Virus record (IMG/VR): IMGVR_UViG_3300011116_000470
Coordinates: 1 to 56,760 of that record
Source: a virus
Taxonomy: Duplodnaviria; Caudoviricetes
Strand: one strand, 5' to 3'
DNA length: 56,760 bases
The first letter of the stretch is position 1. Each line of letters opens with the position of its first letter. The notes under the pieces are model-generated. The model was not told where the DNA came from, ran no database searches, and worked only from the letters and a program-made list of their open reading frames with translations. The translations under genes and the position numbers were made by a program. This document shows positions 54,507 through 56,760 of this stretch, piece by piece.

Positions 54507-54903
54507 TCCAGTATCAGCATTGTTTGAAGTCGGCAGCAAGGTCTTAGACCGAGTTCTGCCCGACCCTGCGCAGCAAGCAGCCGCCAAGTTGGAGTTGCTC
54601 AAGCTCCAACAAAACGGCGAGTTGGCTCAGATTACTGGACAGATGGAAATCAACAAGGCTGAAGCGGCAAGCTCCAGCCTGTTCGTTTCCGGCTGGCGTC
54701 CGAGCATCGGCTGGATATGCGGCGCAGGGTTTGCGGTGCAGTTTGTCATCGGCCCGTTGGCAGAGTGGGGTTCTGTTTTGGCTGGTCACCCTGTCAAGTT
54801 TCCACAAATGGACACCGGAACCATGATGCCGCTTCTCTTGGGTATGCTTGGCCTTGGCGGTTTGCGTACCGCTGAGAAGCTGGCAGACAAGGCCGCGAAA
54901 TGA
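54496..54903 (+). CDS. 3TM holin (gene-transfer-agent type)
   Basis: LDRVLPDP, QMEINKAEA, FVSGWRPSIGW, LLGMLGLGGLRTAEK. Confidence 0.85.
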   Translation: MALDPVSALFEVGSKVLDRVLPDPAQQAAAKLELLKLQQNGELAQITGQMEINKAEAASSSLFVSGWRPSIGWICGAGFAVQFVIGPLAEWGSVLAGHPVKFPQMDTGTMMPLLLGMLGLGGLRTAEKLADKAAK

Positions 54904-55127
54904 AAGCAAAACTCACGTTTTTTGTGACCTTGATGGTCAGTTTTACCCTATGCGTGGTCATCATTGGTATGGTCGCCGTGCTGATGGCAGGCTTGTTTGA
55001 CCCCCTCGTGGACAATTCAGAAATTTTCAAGTTAATTAGCCCTGCATTTCAGACAATTGTCGGCGGCTTTATTGGACTGCTGGCGGGCGTGAAGTTGTCG
55101 CACGGCGAAACGGAAGACTCCAAATGA
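54900..55127 (+). CDS. Two-TM membrane protein
   Basis: Hydrophobic; PAFQTIVGGFIGLLAG. Confidence 0.65.
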   Translation: MKAKLTFFVTLMVSFTLCVVIIGMVAVLMAGLFDPLVDNSEIFKLISPAFQTIVGGFIGLLAGVKLSHGETEDSK

Positions 55128-55558
55128 ACCTAAGCCCGCACTTTACGCTAGAAGAGTTGACCATCACGGATCATCGCCAGTTCGACAACACGCCCAATGA
55201 GGCCGAACGAGCGAATTTAGTGCGACTGGCCGGTTTGCTGGAACAAGTCAAGACCGCTATCGGTGGCAAGCCGGTGATGGTCAACAGCGCTTTCCGGTGC
55301 AAACAAGTAAATGATGCGGTGGGCAGCAAGGACACCAGCCAGCATCGAGTGGGCTGCGCTGCGGACATCCGAGTGCCCAGCATGACCCCCGATTCCGTAG
55401 TCAAGGCCATCATTGCGGCCAAGCTGCCCTTTGACCAGCTAATCCGTGAGTTTGACCGCTGGACGCACATTTCGGTGGCCAACGACCCCAAGGGCAAGCC
55501 TAGGGGGCAGGCGCTGATCATCGACAAGCAAGGCACCCGCCCTTACAATCAAGGGTAA
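55124..55558 (+). CDS. Endolysin, peptidase M15A family
   Basis: LSPHFTLEEL, NSAFRC..VNDAVG, SQHRVGCAAD, FDQLIRE, WTHIS. Confidence 0.9.
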   Translation: MNLSPHFTLEELTITDHRQFDNTPNEAERANLVRLAGLLEQVKTAIGGKPVMVNSAFRCKQVNDAVGSKDTSQHRVGCAADIRVPSMTPDSVVKAIIAAKLPFDQLIREFDRWTHISVANDPKGKPRGQALIIDKQGTRPYNQG

Positions 55559-55570
55559 CAAGGACTGAAC

Positions 55571-56212
55571 ATGACGACGCCATCCTACGTTCTAACTTAC
55601 AACAGCCTCACAAGCACGGTGCTTCAGTACCTTGAGCGTAGCGACCCCGCCGTTGTCGCCTTTATCCCCGTGGCCATCACGCTGGCCGAATTTGAGATCG
55701 CCCAAGACATCAAGACGCTGGGCCAGATGGTAGTGGTCGATGCCACCATGAATACCGGCAACCCAGTTATCGCCAAGCCTGCGCGCTGGCGCAAGACGGT
55801 TTCCATGACCATGGTGGACGCCGCTGGGGCCAAGACGCCCATGTACTTGCGCAAGTTGGAGTACCTATCGAGCTACTGGCCCGATGTCACTGCGACCGGC
55901 ACGCCGCTGTACTACGCCGATTACGACTACGATCACTGGTTTATCGCACCCACACCTAGCGCTGATTTTTCGTTTGAGGCGCTGTGCTACACCCGCTTGG
56001 AACCGTTGTCTTCTGCCAACCAAACCAACTGGCTCACCCAGAACGCGCCCAACGCGATGCTTTACGGCACGCTCAAGCAGACCGCGCCCTTTGTCAAGGA
56101 TGACCCCCGCTTGGCCATCTGGTCGGGGCTATTTGACAGCGCCATGGCCGCGCTCAAGGCCGAAGACCAGCTTCGCATCGGCGACCGCCAAGCAATTGCT
56201 CAGGACTCATAA
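55571..56212 (+). CDS. Tail adaptor (T7 gp11/P22 gp4-like)
   Basis: LTYNSL..TVLQYLER, ITLAE, GTPLYYA, APTP, TNWLTQNAPNAMLYG. Confidence 0.7.
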   Translation: MTTPSYVLTYNSLTSTVLQYLERSDPAVVAFIPVAITLAEFEIAQDIKTLGQMVVVDATMNTGNPVIAKPARWRKTVSMTMVDAAGAKTPMYLRKLEYLSSYWPDVTATGTPLYYADYDYDHWFIAPTPSADFSFEALCYTRLEPLSSANQTNWLTQNAPNAMLYGTLKQTAPFVKDDPRLAIWSGLFDSAMAALKAEDQLRIGDRQAIAQDS

Positions 56213-56214
56213 CC

Positions 56215-56760
56215 ATGACCACTTACACGAACCCGTTCACCGGCCAGACTATTAGCCCCTCGTCGGTAAGCTACGAGTCCATCACGCTATCGGGCAACCT
56301 GACGCTTGAATGGCCGATAAACGGCAACGACGCCACTCCGGTCAGCAGCATCCTTGATGTGACGGCCACCGCGCCGGGTTTCAACTTGGCGCTGCCGCCC
56401 GCAACGCAGGTATCGACTGGCCAGACTGTCATCGTGCGCAACATCGGCCTCTTGGCCAACACGTTCACGGTGACGGACTACACGGGCGCTACCATCATCT
56501 TGGTGTCCTCTGGCGTTGCTCAGTTCATCTTCTTGACCGACAACAGCACGGAAGGCGGCACTTGGTCGTCCGTGGTGCTGGGCGCGGGCACATCATCGGC
56601 CAACGCCGCAGCGCTTGCTGGGTACGGCCTGACCCCCATCGGGCTCACCCTAAACCAAGCCTACACCACGGCTACTTATTACGGTAACGCCACGCTGCCT
56701 TCTACAGTGCGTGCGCAGCTTGTGATCTGGGGCAGCGGCGTGGGCGCGTTGTCGCTACCA
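56215..56760 (+). CDS. 5' part of structural protein continuing at 1-856
   Basis: Open from ATG 56215 (MTTYTNPFTGQ) to contig end, AGGA RBS. Confidence 0.8.
   Translation, partial: MTTYTNPFTGQTISPSSVSYESITLSGNLTLEWPINGNDATPVSSILDVTATAPGFNLALPPATQVSTGQTVIVRNIGLLANTFTVTDYTGATIILVSSGVAQFIFLTDNSTEGGTWSSVVLGAGTSSANAAALAGYGLTPIGLTLNQAYTTATYYGNATLPSTVRAQLVIWGSGVGALSLP
56634..56760. repeat. Terminal direct repeat identical to 1-127
   Basis: Exact match by inspection. Confidence 0.95.

Noticed and set aside
856-56212. Stop-codon reassignment, introns or inteins
   Set aside because: Core genes (polA, terL, portal, MCP, helicase) are uninterrupted at normal lengths under the standard code

Overview
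The window is a complete, circularly assembled genome (about 56,633 bp; bases 56634-56760 repeat bases 1-127) of a tailed dsDNA phage with podovirus-like architecture. It has no tape-measure, sheath or tube genes, and has adaptor/nozzle proteins followed by large putative ejection proteins. Modules: ejection/internal virion proteins (2.8-9.7 kb, +); a leftward replication operon (DUF2800 Cas4-like nuclease, DUF2815 SSB, family A polymerase with Leu at the 762-equivalent site, VRR-NUC, SNF2 helicase); early small genes; an AEP primase-helicase followed by an iteron-like array; DUF932; terS/terL; three large polyvalent-type enzyme proteins inserted between terL and portal; portal, GroES-like co-chaperonin, scaffold, capsid; tail fibres; holins and an M15 endolysin. 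I saw no integrase, CI-type repressor, CRISPR array, reverse transcriptase or canonical tRNA. Most notable: (1) a short [FYML]-[AK]-x-G-G peptide tag recurring about 26 times (16 strict) in seven unrelated late proteins, often at domain boundaries, suggesting a shared processing or virion-loading signal; (2) TonB-box-like motifs in a putative ejection protein; (3) a tRNA-mimic RNA with D and T arms but a pseudoknot in place of the anticodon arm; (4) several compact cis-regulatory RNA structures. All family assignments come from motif recognition by eye, not database searches.
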